Assembly: GCA_965203175.1 (NCBI GenBank)
Contig: OZ241867.1
Span: 1,056,001-1,120,000, forward strand
Direction of reading: 5' to 3'
Source of the DNA: Candidatus Latescibacterota bacterium
Lineage (GTDB): Bacteria; Latescibacterota; UBA2968; UBA8231
Length of the DNA stretch: 64,000 nt
Shown: in pieces, positions 37,196 to 47,499 of the stretch
Numbering within the stretch: position 1 is the stretch's first letter
How the letters are laid out: each line of letters starts with the position of its first letter
Notes under the pieces: generated by a model
Databases searched by the model: none
What the model was told of the DNA's origin: nothing
What the model saw: only the letters and a program-made list of their open reading frames with translations
Made by a program: the position numbers and the translations under genes

Positions 37196-37233
37196 TGTAT
37201 GAGATAGCTTCTACTTGTATGAGATAGCTTCTA
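37196..37233. repeat. 18-bp direct repeat, 20-bp period
   Basis: TGTATGAGATAGCTTCTA at 37196-37213 and 37216-37233. Confidence 0.85.
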
Positions 37234-38034
37234 GTCGTAATTGCTCGGCACGTGGTCGCCCAAAAGCCGCCGCTGCCGTGGCGTGGCCTGCGTCAACAGG
37301 GCCGGGTCAAATTGGAATTTATTCAGATAGGGTGGGTACTTCTGGGTGATGATGCGCTGGGCGTAGTGTACTTGGAGCAGGTAGCGCATCTGGTTGCTCG
37401 TATTGGCCGTGCCCCGGTGCCAAACCTCGCAGCGGAACAACACGCAGTCGCCGGCCTTGCACATGATGCTCTGCTCCTCGACGCCCTTAAAACTGGTCTC
37501 GCCCGCACGGGGCCGCCGACCCGCGCGGTGGCTGCCCGGCACAAAGCGAGTCGGCCCCAGCTCCTCGGTCAAATCGTCGAGATAATAGTGGGCCGTGGTG
37601 ATAAAAATCGGAATCTCTACCTCTGGGTGATCCATGACTTCTTCGGGCAGGGTCAGCGGCTGCCAGTCGGCGTGCAAGGTTTGGTCCGGTCGGCCCGGGC
37701 CAGTCAGCCAAGCCGTCATGCCGATGCAGTGGCAATCGTCGCCGTGTACTGCCTCGACCAAGTCGATGATTTCGGGTCGGTCCAAGTACTGGGCGAAGAT
37801 CGGTGCGCGGTTGAACGCATTGTTGATGCTCTTGTTGATAAAGCCGTGCGTGGCCGGGTCAGTGTGGCGGTCGTAGCTTTCCTCCAGCGCGGTCAGCTCG
37901 TCCATGGCCTGGCGCAACTCGGCGATCTCTTGCTCGTTGAGCACTTGGGGAAAATAGGCGTACCCGTCTTCCTTCATCGCCTGCACATAGCCCTCGAGAT
38001 CGGGCCGCGCCACCAGCGGCAACGCCGTTGTCAT
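37231..38034 (-). CDS. Phytanoyl-CoA dioxygenase (PhyH) family protein
   Basis: DGYA, LHAD, GPT-FVPGSH, AGD, WHRG-AN. Confidence 0.9.
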   Translation of the reverse strand: MTTALPLVARPDLEGYVQAMKEDGYAYFPQVLNEQEIAELRQAMDELTALEESYDRHTDPATHGFINKSINNAFNRAPIFAQYLDRPEIIDLVEAVHGDDCHCIGMTAWLTGPGRPDQTLHADWQPLTLPEEVMDHPEVEIPIFITTAHYYLDDLTEELGPTRFVPGSHRAGRRPRAGETSFKGVEEQSIMCKAGDCVLFRCEVWHRGTANTSNQMRYLLQVHYAQRIITQKYPPYLNKFQFDPALLTQATPRQRRLLGDHVPSNYD

Positions 38035-38051
38035 AGAGTCTCTCTTCGGGG

Positions 38052-38621
38052 CTAGTAGTACGGGTTTTCTCCCGCAGCGTGATCCGTCGCGTCAACCACG
38101 TCTTCCACCTCGGGCACGGCCTCCTTGATCATGCGAATGATGCCCTGTTTGAGCGTCACATCGGCTTGGCCGCAGCCCTGACAGCCCCCGCCCATCTGCA
38201 CAAATACCGTGTTGCCTTTAATGTCCACCAAGGTCACCACGCCGCCGTGCGAAGCCACGCCCGGGTTGATTTGCGTTTCGATGACGCGGTGGACGGTCTC
38301 GGCCATCGGGCCGCTCAGGTGCGCGGGCATCTTGCGCGGGCGCTCGATCTTAAAGCCCGAACCCATAAGCCCATCTACGTAATCCACCTTGGCTTCCGCC
38401 AGCAGGTCGGCACTTTCGGGATCTATGTACACGTCAAATCCCTCGAAGTGGACGACCTGATCGTCGCCGCCTACCTGTTGGTCGGATATGAATGCCAGCT
38501 TGTAGTCAACCTGCTTGGCGGGGTCGAGGCGGGCACCGATGCGCAAACCCTTGACCGGCTTGTCGCTTGCGGCGACTAGATTGGCAATTTTCTCTTCTGC
38601 TGCTTCAGTGATGGTAATCAT
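38052..38621 (-). CDS. nfuA: Fe-S cluster carrier NfuA-like (degenerate A-type carrier domain plus NifU-C domain)
   Basis: ITITEAA, DYVDGLMGSGFKI, INPGVASHGG, GGGCQGC, ATDH--GENPYY. Confidence 0.85.
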   Translation of the reverse strand: MITITEAAEEKIANLVAASDKPVKGLRIGARLDPAKQVDYKLAFISDQQVGGDDQVVHFEGFDVYIDPESADLLAEAKVDYVDGLMGSGFKIERPRKMPAHLSGPMAETVHRVIETQINPGVASHGGVVTLVDIKGNTVFVQMGGGCQGCGQADVTLKQGIIRMIKEAVPEVEDVVDATDHAAGENPYY

Positions 38622-38693
38622 GGTTTGTCCTCCGTCGAGACGTAACTGTTTGATAATACCGAGACAGTGGGCGGCGGCGCAAGCGGCCCATTC

Positions 38694-41225
38694 CTAGAAT
38701 CTCGGATCAACCGGCGCACTTTCCAACGCTAAGACCCCAAATACGCATTCGTGTACCCGGTGCAAGGGCTGCCCGGCGACAAACCGCTCCAGGCCCTCCA
38801 CCCCCAGCGCAAATTCCCGCAGGGCCAACGCCTGCTTGCCCTTGAGGTTGCGGCGGCGCAACAGCTCCATGCGCTCCGTGTACTCAGGCCCGTAGATCAG
38901 CCGCAAATACGCGCGGCCCCGGCACTTGAGCGCCGGCTGGACGAGGCCGCGTTCGCCTGTGCAGACGAAGTCTAGAGGCTTCGCGACGAATCCCTCGCTA
39001 CCGTTTGCGGTCAATTCCTCCCACCACCGAACTACTTCGCTGCTGCTGTCTATATCTTCCAAAACCACCCGTCGGCGATCTATCGCGCACAGCAAATCCA
39101 ACCCAAACGCGCAGAGCTTGTCCAAGGTCTCCAAATGCCACGCATGGGTCTGGTTGACGTGGACTTGTCCCTCTGTGGCCAAGAGATGAAAAGGAGCCAC
39201 TTTGAGATCCTTGAGCGCGCGCACCGGCCAGCAATAGGGGCGATACGCCGCGGCATAGTGTGCCACGGACTCGGCCCGACCGCGACAACGGCTCAACAGC
39301 TCACCCACGTCCACGCCCCGCGCCACCGCCTGCTCTAGGGCACTCGCGGACGCTGCCAGCGACACCCGCGCCGCCGCGCCCACCGCGGCGTACTGGTCTT
39401 CGAGTAGCTGCTGCGCCTTGGCCGACCAAGGCATGATCTCGGCGTCGAGTACCGCCCAGTCCGTCGCCAGCGCACTCCACAGCTCGCTGCGCTCAAAGGC
39501 CTGCCGCACATGATCTAAGACCCCCGCTTCCAAGCCCGCATCCGCAAAGAATCGGCGGCCCGTGCGCGTGTAACAGATGCCCGCGCTGCCGTCTTCTATT
39601 CCAAAGCGCCGCTGCGCTGTCTCCGGATCGCGGCAGACGATCAGCACGGCCCGCGAGCCCATCTGCTTCTCCTCGCAGACGAGCTCGCGCACGCCGCAGC
39701 GGCGATAGTACGCTAAGACCTCGTCTGGATGTTCGAGTAGGTCGGGGCGGGTGCTGGTTTGGGGCGGGGCCATCGTCGGCGGCAGATAGACCAGCCACCT
39801 ATGATCAACGGCAAAGCGGCTCATCACCTCCAGTGCCGCGGCCGCCCGCTCCGCATGGACGAAAACTCGCCCCATCAACCGCGTCTCCACGCGCCGGCCT
39901 CCAGCCACATCCGCTAAGTCGAGCACATCATCGCGCGTCTGTTGCGCCGCCAAGGGGCGGACCGGCTCGGCGTACTGCACCTTGGCTGGGACGGATACGA
40001 GTTCCAACTCGGGATAGCGCAGCGCCGTCAGCGCGCCGCCAAACACGCAGCCGGTGTCGATATTGATCGCGTTGTTGACCCACTCGGGCTGCGCCACAGG
40101 CGTGTGGCCATAGACGACGCGGGCGCGGCCCCGATACTCGGCCGCCCAGTCGCCGCGCACCGGCAGGCCAAACTCGTCCACCTCACCCGTCACGTCCCCG
40201 TACAGGGCAAACGAGCGCACGGCCCCAGAGGCGCGGCCAGCCATCTCCTCCTTCATGCCAGCGTGCGCTACCACCAGCGCACCCCCGTCGAGCACGTGGT
40301 GGCTGACTAGGCCGCCGAGAAAGGTCTCGACTTTTTTCTTGAACTCCGCGGTCTCGTCGTCAAGCTGGGTCAGCGTCTCCGCCAAGCCGTGCGTGCGTTG
40401 GACCTTTCTGCCCTGCAAGGCTCGGACCAAGCGCGCGTCGTGATTGCCCGGCACGCACAGGGCCGCGCCCGACTCCACCATGCGCATGACCAGCGCGAGG
40501 ACGCCGGGGGCATTGGGGCCGCGGTCCACCAAGTCGCCGACGAAGACGGCCTTGCGCCCCGGCGGCGGTTCCACCTTTTCCCCTGCGATGCGATACCCTA
40601 GCTGGTCGAGCAGGGCTTCGAGTTCGTCGCAACATCCATGTACATCGCCGATGATGTCGAATGGACCGCACTCCTCACGGCGGTCCGGCCACAGCTTCTC
40701 CCGGACCACTTCGACCCGCGCCACATCCGCGGGCGAGCGCAGCGCAAAGATGCGGCGAAAGCCCTCGCGCTTAAGGCCCTTGAGGCCGCGGCGCAGCTGG
40801 CGGTATTGCCGGGGGATTACGTGGGGTGGCAAATCGCGGTCGGAGCGCACGGCCGCGCGCTCCTCGCAGAGCGCCTGGGGCAGATCGAAGACAATGGCCA
40901 CCGGCTGGGCGTGGTAGCGCTTGGCCAGTTCCACCAGCGGCTTGCGCGCCTCGGGCTGGACATTGGTCGCATCTACCACCGTCAAAAGGCCCCGCGCCAA
41001 GCGGCGGGCAGCGACAAAGTGCAGGGCGGCGAACGCATCGTCCGTGGCCTCTAGGCTGTTTTCGTCGTCTGCGACCACGCCGCGAAAAAAGTCCGCAGAC
41101 AGCACTTCGGTCGAGAGAAAGTGCTCGCGAGCAAAGGTCGATTTGCCCGCACTAGAGACGCCGATTAGCACCACCAGCGAGAGGTCGGGTATCGAGAGGC
41201 GGATTTGCTCGTCAGCCACTGGCAC
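38694..41225 (-). CDS. pnkp: Bacterial polynucleotide kinase-phosphatase-ligase
   Basis: P-loop GVSSAGKST; phosphoesterase GDVHG, GDLVDRG, GNHD, GHTP, DTG; ligase motif EEKQMGSR; ends VDPRF. Confidence 0.95.
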   Translation of the reverse strand: MPVADEQIRLSIPDLSLVVLIGVSSAGKSTFAREHFLSTEVLSADFFRGVVADDENSLEATDDAFAALHFVAARRLARGLLTVVDATNVQPEARKPLVELAKRYHAQPVAIVFDLPQALCEERAAVRSDRDLPPHVIPRQYRQLRRGLKGLKREGFRRIFALRSPADVARVEVVREKLWPDRREECGPFDIIGDVHGCCDELEALLDQLGYRIAGEKVEPPPGRKAVFVGDLVDRGPNAPGVLALVMRMVESGAALCVPGNHDARLVRALQGRKVQRTHGLAETLTQLDDETAEFKKKVETFLGGLVSHHVLDGGALVVAHAGMKEEMAGRASGAVRSFALYGDVTGEVDEFGLPVRGDWAAEYRGRARVVYGHTPVAQPEWVNNAINIDTGCVFGGALTALRYPELELVSVPAKVQYAEPVRPLAAQQTRDDVLDLADVAGGRRVETRLMGRVFVHAERAAAALEVMSRFAVDHRWLVYLPPTMAPPQTSTRPDLLEHPDEVLAYYRRCGVRELVCEEKQMGSRAVLIVCRDPETAQRRFGIEDGSAGICYTRTGRRFFADAGLEAGVLDHVRQAFERSELWSALATDWAVLDAEIMPWSAKAQQLLEDQYAAVGAAARVSLAASASALEQAVARGVDVGELLSRCRGRAESVAHYAAAYRPYCWPVRALKDLKVAPFHLLATEGQVHVNQTHAWHLETLDKLCAFGLDLLCAIDRRRVVLEDIDSSSEVVRWWEELTANGSEGFVAKPLDFVCTGERGLVQPALKCRGRAYLRLIYGPEYTERMELLRRRNLKGKQALALREFALGVEGLERFVAGQPLHRVHECVFGVLALESAPVDPRF

Positions 41226-42591
41226 CCCCCACAGAGAAAATCGCCATCTGCGTCGGCGCGCCTAGCTCGGGGTCTTCCGGGCCGACGGGCGCGATGCGCA
41301 CGGCATATCCACAGCGCTTCCCTACCTCCTCGGCCCACGCCCCGAATTCCGCCCGCCGCCACTCAAAGCGGTGGTCGGGATGGCGAAATGCACCGGCTGG
41401 CAGCGCGTCCCAATGGGCGTTGTATTCGGCGTTGGGAGTAGTTATCACTACCGTAGCAGGACGGGCGAACTCGAACACGGCGCGCTCGCAGGCCCGTAGC
41501 TGCGGCGGATCCAAGTGCTCGACGACCTCCACCAGCACCGCGGCGTCGTACCCGCTCAACCGGGCGTCGCGATAGGCCAGCGACCCCTGAAAAACCGCGA
41601 CCTGCTCGCCGCGCGGCAACCTCTCTAACCGCTGGCGAGCGCGCGACAGGGCTTGCGGCGACACATCCATTCCCGCCACTTCAGTGAACTGCGCTTCCGC
41701 CGCCAACCGCGCGAGCAGCCGTCCCTCCCCACAGCCGAGGTCCAGCACTCGCCGGGCACCGCTCGCCTTGAGTTTCTCGAACACGGCGGTCAAGCGCTGT
41801 TGATTCAAGCTCAGTTCCGCTTCAAGAGCCTCTTCGCCCGCGTGATCTTCGGCCTCCCCGGCTTCCTCTACCAACAGTCGCGACAGCGCGGCCTGCTTGA
41901 GACCTCGCTGGTGCTTTAGGTAGCGCTCGACGACTAGGTCGCGCAGGGGGTGGCCTGCCAGCCATTCCCCACCTCGCCGCATCAGCTTGTCGATCTCCTC
42001 CTCGCCCACGTAGTAGTGCTTTTCGTCGTCGAGCACCGGTATCAGAACATACAGATGCGCCAGCACTTCTTTTAATGGCCGCACGCACTGCAGCTCCACC
42101 TCGTAATAGGGACTGTTCCCCCACTCTGGAAAATGTTCGTCGAGCCAGAAGCTTCTGGCCTCTACCGCATATCCCAACGGCTCAAAGAGACCGCGCAACA
42201 AGTCCTCGCCTCCCCGGCAGGGCAGTGCGCTAACGCCCACTCGCAATGGCAGGGCTTTTTCTACTAGCTCGGCCCGTTCTCGGGACTGTCCATTCAAGGC
42301 CGAGGTAAACACTCGGGCAATGGCCACGCTGGTAAAGGAAGAGGCCGCGTAGGGACGGTCGTTGACATAGGACGCCAACGCGAAGTCGGGAGACGCCGAG
42401 CGCCGCTTGAGCGCGGTTGGATCTACGTCGAGGAGCAACGCGGCCGTGCATCGCTCAGACGAGACTTCTGGATAGAAGACGTGCGCCGTCCCAAAGGGCA
42501 GTTCAAGGGCTTGGGCGCGATCTGGGTGCTTGTGCAGGAGATAGCCCAAGTCAGTGGCGGGTTGGTAGGTTGTGGAGATCGTCAGAAGCAT
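41212..42591 (-). CDS. hen1: 3'-terminal RNA ribose 2'-O-methyltransferase Hen1
   Basis: MLLTISTT..ATDLGYLLHKHP, YVNDRPY, LDLGCGEG, EVVEH, FRHPDHRFEW; overlaps the pnkp start. Confidence 0.95.
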   Translation of the reverse strand: MLLTISTTYQPATDLGYLLHKHPDRAQALELPFGTAHVFYPEVSSERCTAALLLDVDPTALKRRSASPDFALASYVNDRPYAASSFTSVAIARVFTSALNGQSRERAELVEKALPLRVGVSALPCRGGEDLLRGLFEPLGYAVEARSFWLDEHFPEWGNSPYYEVELQCVRPLKEVLAHLYVLIPVLDDEKHYYVGEEEIDKLMRRGGEWLAGHPLRDLVVERYLKHQRGLKQAALSRLLVEEAGEAEDHAGEEALEAELSLNQQRLTAVFEKLKASGARRVLDLGCGEGRLLARLAAEAQFTEVAGMDVSPQALSRARQRLERLPRGEQVAVFQGSLAYRDARLSGYDAAVLVEVVEHLDPPQLRACERAVFEFARPATVVITTPNAEYNAHWDALPAGAFRHPDHRFEWRRAEFGAWAEEVGKRCGYAVRIAPVGPEDPELGAPTQMAIFSVGGASG

Positions 42592-42836
42592 GGGCCATCG
42601 GTCGAATTGCTCAATGTAGAAACGAACCATAAGGAGATCATGTCAACCCCATTTTATTATTGAACCCATAGAGCAAGATGCTCCGGATCGGCATAATTGA
42701 CGGCACTTTTGCCCGGCGATACGTTCTGGCGACACGTGGATTCTTGCTAGTGATCGATGAATTCATGGGAACCGGGGCTGCCGACGCACTGTCACCGGCA
42801 AATTCGTCTGCCGAAACAACAGAAAAGATACAATCA

Positions 42837-43712
42837 ATGCCCACAATGACTGTGAATGGCGCGTCCATTGTATATGAAGTCTTTGGTAACGGACCGCTGC
42901 TGGTATGGACGGAAGGGGGCCGCTTTGGTCGCAACGAATTGAGCTATTTGGTGGCCGGTCATTTTGCTCGTCAGTACTCCGTGCTGATTTGGGATCGGCG
43001 CAATGGATTTGGCGCGTCTGACGTCGCACTGGCGGATAGTCCGAGCTATGTGACTACAGACGTAGAGGATCTTCACGCTCTCCTGCGGAACTTAGAGCTA
43101 GGTCCCGCTTGTTTCGCTGGCGCGTCGGCCGGTAGCAGTTTATCGCTTTGGATGGCGCATCGATACCCGGAAGATGTAAAGTCGCTCATTCTATTTTCCG
43201 TACCCACTGACGATGTCGCATTGTTTAGACCAAGTGTACATAAGCACTGTTTTAGTCTCGCAGAAGTAGCGGAACGTAGCGGTATGCAAGCCGCGATTGA
43301 TGCGTCAACAGAGTCGTGGATCTGTGAACTGCAGGGGCAACCCTCTGAACGAGGCACTTGGTTGGCACAAACAATCTATCGGAATCCGAGCAATCGAGCG
43401 CGCGTCCTAGCGATAGATCCGCAGCTATTTGCCGCAACACTTCGTCGCTGGGGTACCTTCTTTTTCTCGATGAGCTGGCCCGCAGGACTGACCGAAGATG
43501 AGATACGCTCGATTTCTTTTCCCGTTATGATTGTGCCGGGTGACGATGAAATACATCCTCGACGAAGCGCTGAGCGACTCCTGTCTCTTTTAGATCAAGC
43601 GGAAATGGTAGAGTTTCCCGCTACAGTCCCTGCGGAAGCTGCGGTGATTGAGAAGTTTTATTCCGTCTTTCCAGCAATGGATGAATTTCTGACGCGGACA
43701 TTGTTTGATTGA
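42837..43712 (+). CDS. Alpha/beta hydrolase
   Basis: WDRRN-GAS, nucleophile elbow GASAG, GDD-IHP; start position uncertain. Confidence 0.8.
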   Translation: MPTMTVNGASIVYEVFGNGPLLVWTEGGRFGRNELSYLVAGHFARQYSVLIWDRRNGFGASDVALADSPSYVTTDVEDLHALLRNLELGPACFAGASAGSSLSLWMAHRYPEDVKSLILFSVPTDDVALFRPSVHKHCFSLAEVAERSGMQAAIDASTESWICELQGQPSERGTWLAQTIYRNPSNRARVLAIDPQLFAATLRRWGTFFFSMSWPAGLTEDEIRSISFPVMIVPGDDEIHPRRSAERLLSLLDQAEMVEFPATVPAEAAVIEKFYSVFPAMDEFLTRTLFD

Positions 43713-43792
43713 GCAATGATAAACCTTGCGTCATTTACAGGCCCCAAGGCTTTCGGCAAAGCATATCAATCACAGGCTGTATTTTCGTCCAG

Positions 43793-43825
43793 TATAACGT
43801 TTGTCGTTTAATGATAAGCGTTATA
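43793..43825. promoter_or_regulatory. Candidate higBA operator (inverted repeat)
   Basis: TATAACG...CGTTATA immediately upstream of higB. Confidence 0.45.
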
Positions 43826-43835
43826 TATTGTACGC

Positions 43836-44117
43836 ATGATACGATCCTTCAGAGATCGGGAAACCGAACGGATATTCCAGCGCATCCGATCGGGGAAGCT
43901 GCCTAGCGATATTCAACAGGTCGCCGTTCGCAAGCTTCGCATGCTCAATCGTTCAGTTACACTAGCTGATCTTCGAGTGCCACCAGCCAATCGCCTTGAA
44001 AAACTCCGCGGCGATCGGGCCGGCCAATACAGTATTCGCATCAATGATCAATGGTGTATCTGTTTCACTTGGCGAAATGGCGATGCCTACAACATTGAGA
44101 TCGTAGACTATCACTAG
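43836..44117 (+). CDS. higB: HigB (RelE-family) toxin
   Basis: MIRSFRD, PPANRLEKL-G, YSIRINDQW-ICF, EIVDYH. Confidence 0.95.
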   Translation: MIRSFRDRETERIFQRIRSGKLPSDIQQVAVRKLRMLNRSVTLADLRVPPANRLEKLRGDRAGQYSIRINDQWCICFTWRNGDAYNIEIVDYH

Positions 44118-44129
44118 GGAGATAGACGT

Positions 44130-44435
44130 ATGTGTGCTCAGAAATTGGCTCCTGTTCATCCGGGAGAGGTCTTGTTGGAAGAGTTCCTCAAGCCGATGAG
44201 TCTCAGTCAGAACCACCTCGCACTTTCTATCGGTGTACCACCCCGACGTATCAATGAGATCGTGTTAGGGAAAAGAGGCATTACTGCTGACACCGCCCTG
44301 AGACTCGCTCGCTACTTCAACATGTCCCCCCAATTCTGGATGGGCATTCAGATGGACTATGCACTAGATATCGCAGAAGACGAGCTGGCGGACCGCTTGG
44401 AGCGAGAGGTGCGGCCGCGCCTAGAGAAGGGATAG
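44130..44435 (+). CDS. higA: HigA antitoxin (HTH)
   Basis: HPGEVLLEEFL, RINEIV-GKR-IT-DTALRL, FW--Q. Confidence 0.95.
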   Translation: MCAQKLAPVHPGEVLLEEFLKPMSLSQNHLALSIGVPPRRINEIVLGKRGITADTALRLARYFNMSPQFWMGIQMDYALDIAEDELADRLEREVRPRLEKG

Positions 44436-44478
44436 GGCTATAATGGGAGGGTATCTGTAGTGCATAGGACCAACCAAC

Positions 44479-45225
44479 ATGAAGTCGCATAGATTCGTTG
44501 ACTATACATATCTGGAAATCAAGTCGCTTATTGACGCTGGGTGTTTGGCGATTGTACCCACTGGATGCACGGAGCAGCAGGGGCCACATTTGGCGGTGGA
44601 TTTCGACACTTGGTTTGCGGAAGCAGTCTCCCTAGAAGCTGCACAGCACGCGGCACGATGTCACGATGTGCGTGCTTTGGTTTTGCCGGCCATGCCTTTT
44701 GGACCCACGCCCGAGCATCGGGGCTTTGGCTCGGGCTATGTCAACATCCCACACTCTGTGCATGAAGAGTGCGTCTATTTCGTCCTTAAATCACTTGCAG
44801 AGCAGGGCTTTGATACTATCGTTGTCTGGCGCGGCTGCGGCGAGCATCGACTAGAGGAGGCAGTGGACAGGTTTAACGCAAAATTCCGCCCTCCATGTGT
44901 GGTCCATCTTCCTCCTCTGCCGTACCATGACATTTGGTGCCGTGTAGCTGATCCAAGTGTCTTGGGGGGACACGCCGACAGCTTCACGACCTCGATCGCT
45001 CTGTATCGGCGTCCAAACACGGTCCGACTCGACAGGATCCCGTCAACTAGCTCAAGGGAGGTGGACTGGAACGATCCGCATCTCGATTTCACGAAATATT
45101 CAGACACTGGTGTCATAGGCGACGCGAGCCAAGCGAGTGCCGAGTTGGGACGCCGGCTTTGGCAAGAGGTCATATCGACTACGGCAGCGATATTCAGAGA
45201 TTGTGGCTCGAATATAGAGCGTTGA
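44479..45225 (+). CDS. Creatininase-family amidohydrolase
   Basis: PTGCTEQQGPHL--D, GHAD--TS, GVIGD; some canonical metal ligands appear substituted. Confidence 0.8.
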   Translation: MKSHRFVDYTYLEIKSLIDAGCLAIVPTGCTEQQGPHLAVDFDTWFAEAVSLEAAQHAARCHDVRALVLPAMPFGPTPEHRGFGSGYVNIPHSVHEECVYFVLKSLAEQGFDTIVVWRGCGEHRLEEAVDRFNAKFRPPCVVHLPPLPYHDIWCRVADPSVLGGHADSFTTSIALYRRPNTVRLDRIPSTSSREVDWNDPHLDFTKYSDTGVIGDASQASAELGRRLWQEVISTTAAIFRDCGSNIER

Positions 45226-45282
45226 CACCGCACGCCTGCCGATCTATACTGCACGCGTCTCGATTACATCATTGAAAAGCTC

Positions 45283-46293
45283 ATGATTATATCCCGAATA
45301 GCTATACATCAGCCCGCTGGTCTGTTGCGCATTCTGACCGATGCGGGCCTAGAAGGTCGCTGTACCGGAGTTGCGGCCACGGTCGCCGGGGCCGACGTGG
45401 CCGGAGCGGCCTCCATCCTCATCAATGCAAATCCCGTCGATCGCGAACGGATATGGTTGGCGTTCAACGAGGCGGACGGGAGCGTGCCTGCTGCTCTTCG
45501 CGCCTGTATCGATGTCGCCTTGTGGGACCTCACGGCTAGGATCGCTGGCCAACCGGTTCACCGACACGTCAACAGCTTTCGCAATCGCATTCCGGTGTGC
45601 AGAAGGTCGGAGCGCAATTCGGCGGAGGAGATCGTCGAGGAAGCACAGGAAGCGCAAGGTGCAGGCTTCCAAGCTTACAAATTCGACGCCCTTTTGGACG
45701 AAGAATCGCTCATCAGCCTGATACGCGACGTGCGCAGGGCCGTCGGACCAGATTTCTGCCTGTTGCTCGACGGCCGGGCGCGGTGGATTCTCGATCAAGC
45801 AATACGGATCGGCCGGGCGCTCGACGCTGCGGACTTTTTCTGTTTCGACCGGCCGCGGCCGGACAACGACATGTCCGGTGGCCGGCAGCTAGCCGCCGAG
45901 CTAGATACCCCGACCAGCACAGGCGTGTCCAGTCCCATGGAAACAGCCCAAGTCATGGCGGCCCAAGCAGCTGACCACGTTCGCACAGAAGTAGCCCGGG
46001 CCGGTGGCATGACGGATGTGTTCAAGGCCGCCCGCTGCGCCGAAGCCTTCGGGGCATACTGTCATCTAGACGGTTTAGGGACATGCGACGGTTTCGCCCA
46101 TCTGCATCTCGCAGGTGCCATCCGGAATACGCCTTTTCTGGAGGTGGCCGACGACACATCCGCTGCGCCGTTCATCGAGAATCCGCTGCAGATATGCGAT
46201 GGGTACATCGAGATTCCCGCTGCGCCGGGACTGGGCATGGAGATCGACATGGGCACCGTCAACGAGCACACCACAGAACTGATTGAGATCTGA
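45283..46293 (+). CDS. Mandelate racemase/enolase-superfamily protein (divergent)
   Basis: IDVALWDL, GFQAYK, GGMT, P--PGLG. Confidence 0.8.
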   Translation: MIISRIAIHQPAGLLRILTDAGLEGRCTGVAATVAGADVAGAASILINANPVDRERIWLAFNEADGSVPAALRACIDVALWDLTARIAGQPVHRHVNSFRNRIPVCRRSERNSAEEIVEEAQEAQGAGFQAYKFDALLDEESLISLIRDVRRAVGPDFCLLLDGRARWILDQAIRIGRALDAADFFCFDRPRPDNDMSGGRQLAAELDTPTSTGVSSPMETAQVMAAQAADHVRTEVARAGGMTDVFKAARCAEAFGAYCHLDGLGTCDGFAHLHLAGAIRNTPFLEVADDTSAAPFIENPLQICDGYIEIPAAPGLGMEIDMGTVNEHTTELIEI

Positions 46294-46311
46294 GGCGGAC
46301 TAGGACACCCT

Positions 46312-47499
46312 ATGCAGATTCGAGATGTTAAGTGTTACCTGTTGAAGGGCGAACCCGCGACGCGGCAGGAAAATTGCGGGGCCAGAGGAAGCATTGCCCC
46401 TGTGCCACCGGGTATCTCCGGCCTGCTTACCCACGACCAGGGATTTGGTGCCGCCGATCCCGAGGGATTTACGTTCACCGGGGAAGAGCCCGAGCCAACG
46501 TATAGCCTGATGCTCCGGCTCGTGACGGATGGAGACTTGGATGCATACGCCAACTATGCCACGGGTTTCGATCCCCGGGAACTAGAATGGCAGGCCAAGG
46601 CGTTTTTGGCCCGGTATGCCCACATGCTCATCGGCGTGGATGCCTTTGACCGGGAATACATCTGGCAGCGTTTCTGGATGGCCCAGCGATTCATGTACAC
46701 GGGCAGGGGGCTGCTCGACACCATCGACCGGATGTTGTGGGATCTGGCGAGTCGAAGCGCCCGTCTGCCGATCTACAAGCTGCTCGGGGCCTGCCGCGAA
46801 AGCGTCCCCGCCTACTGCAACGTCGGCGGCCGGACCATTGATGATCTGGTGGCCCACGCAGTGAAACGCGTGGAAGAAGAGGGATTCATCGGCTGCAAAG
46901 ATCACTCGTACCGAGGGGTAAAAGGCAACGGGGAGATGGCCAGGAAGCTGCGGGAGACGCTGGGCGACGATATCCTGCTCTTCCACGATGCCGTCGAGTC
47001 GTACACGGTCGAGGAGGCTATAAAAATCGGCCGTATCCTAGAAAAGTATCATTACAGGTGGATCGAAGAGCCCCTGCAGGACTACGATATCATGGGTCTG
47101 AAGAAGCTGTGCGACGCCCTCGATCTGCCGGTTCTGACTCTCGAGTGGATCGGAGCTATCGGCGGCCAACCCTACAATACGGCACCGTATTTGGCGCTAC
47201 AGGCCGCCGATATCGTCCGGCAGCGGGGTATAGGCATCACGGGCCAAGTCAAACAGGCCCAACTGGCCGAGAGCTTCGGCGTCGAGGTCCACGGTGGCGA
47301 TCCCCAGGTCATCTTGGCCATTGGCAACGATCCCGTCTTTGAAGCTATGGGCGTGCTGCCGCGTCCTCCCGAGGAGGAACTAGACTGCCGGGGTACGGTC
47401 GTCGTAGAAAATGGCACCTTATCGATAGCTTGGAGCGACCGTCCCGCGGTGGAACCAGACTGGGACGAACTGGCCCGGAGCGCCGTTGCCGTCATTTGA
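46312..47499 (+). CDS. Mandelate racemase/enolase-superfamily dehydratase
   Basis: D--LWDL, PIYKLLG, CKDH, HDA, WIEEP. Confidence 0.85.
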   Translation: MQIRDVKCYLLKGEPATRQENCGARGSIAPVPPGISGLLTHDQGFGAADPEGFTFTGEEPEPTYSLMLRLVTDGDLDAYANYATGFDPRELEWQAKAFLARYAHMLIGVDAFDREYIWQRFWMAQRFMYTGRGLLDTIDRMLWDLASRSARLPIYKLLGACRESVPAYCNVGGRTIDDLVAHAVKRVEEEGFIGCKDHSYRGVKGNGEMARKLRETLGDDILLFHDAVESYTVEEAIKIGRILEKYHYRWIEEPLQDYDIMGLKKLCDALDLPVLTLEWIGAIGGQPYNTAPYLALQAADIVRQRGIGITGQVKQAQLAESFGVEVHGGDPQVILAIGNDPVFEAMGVLPRPPEEELDCRGTVVVENGTLSIAWSDRPAVEPDWDELARSAVAVI

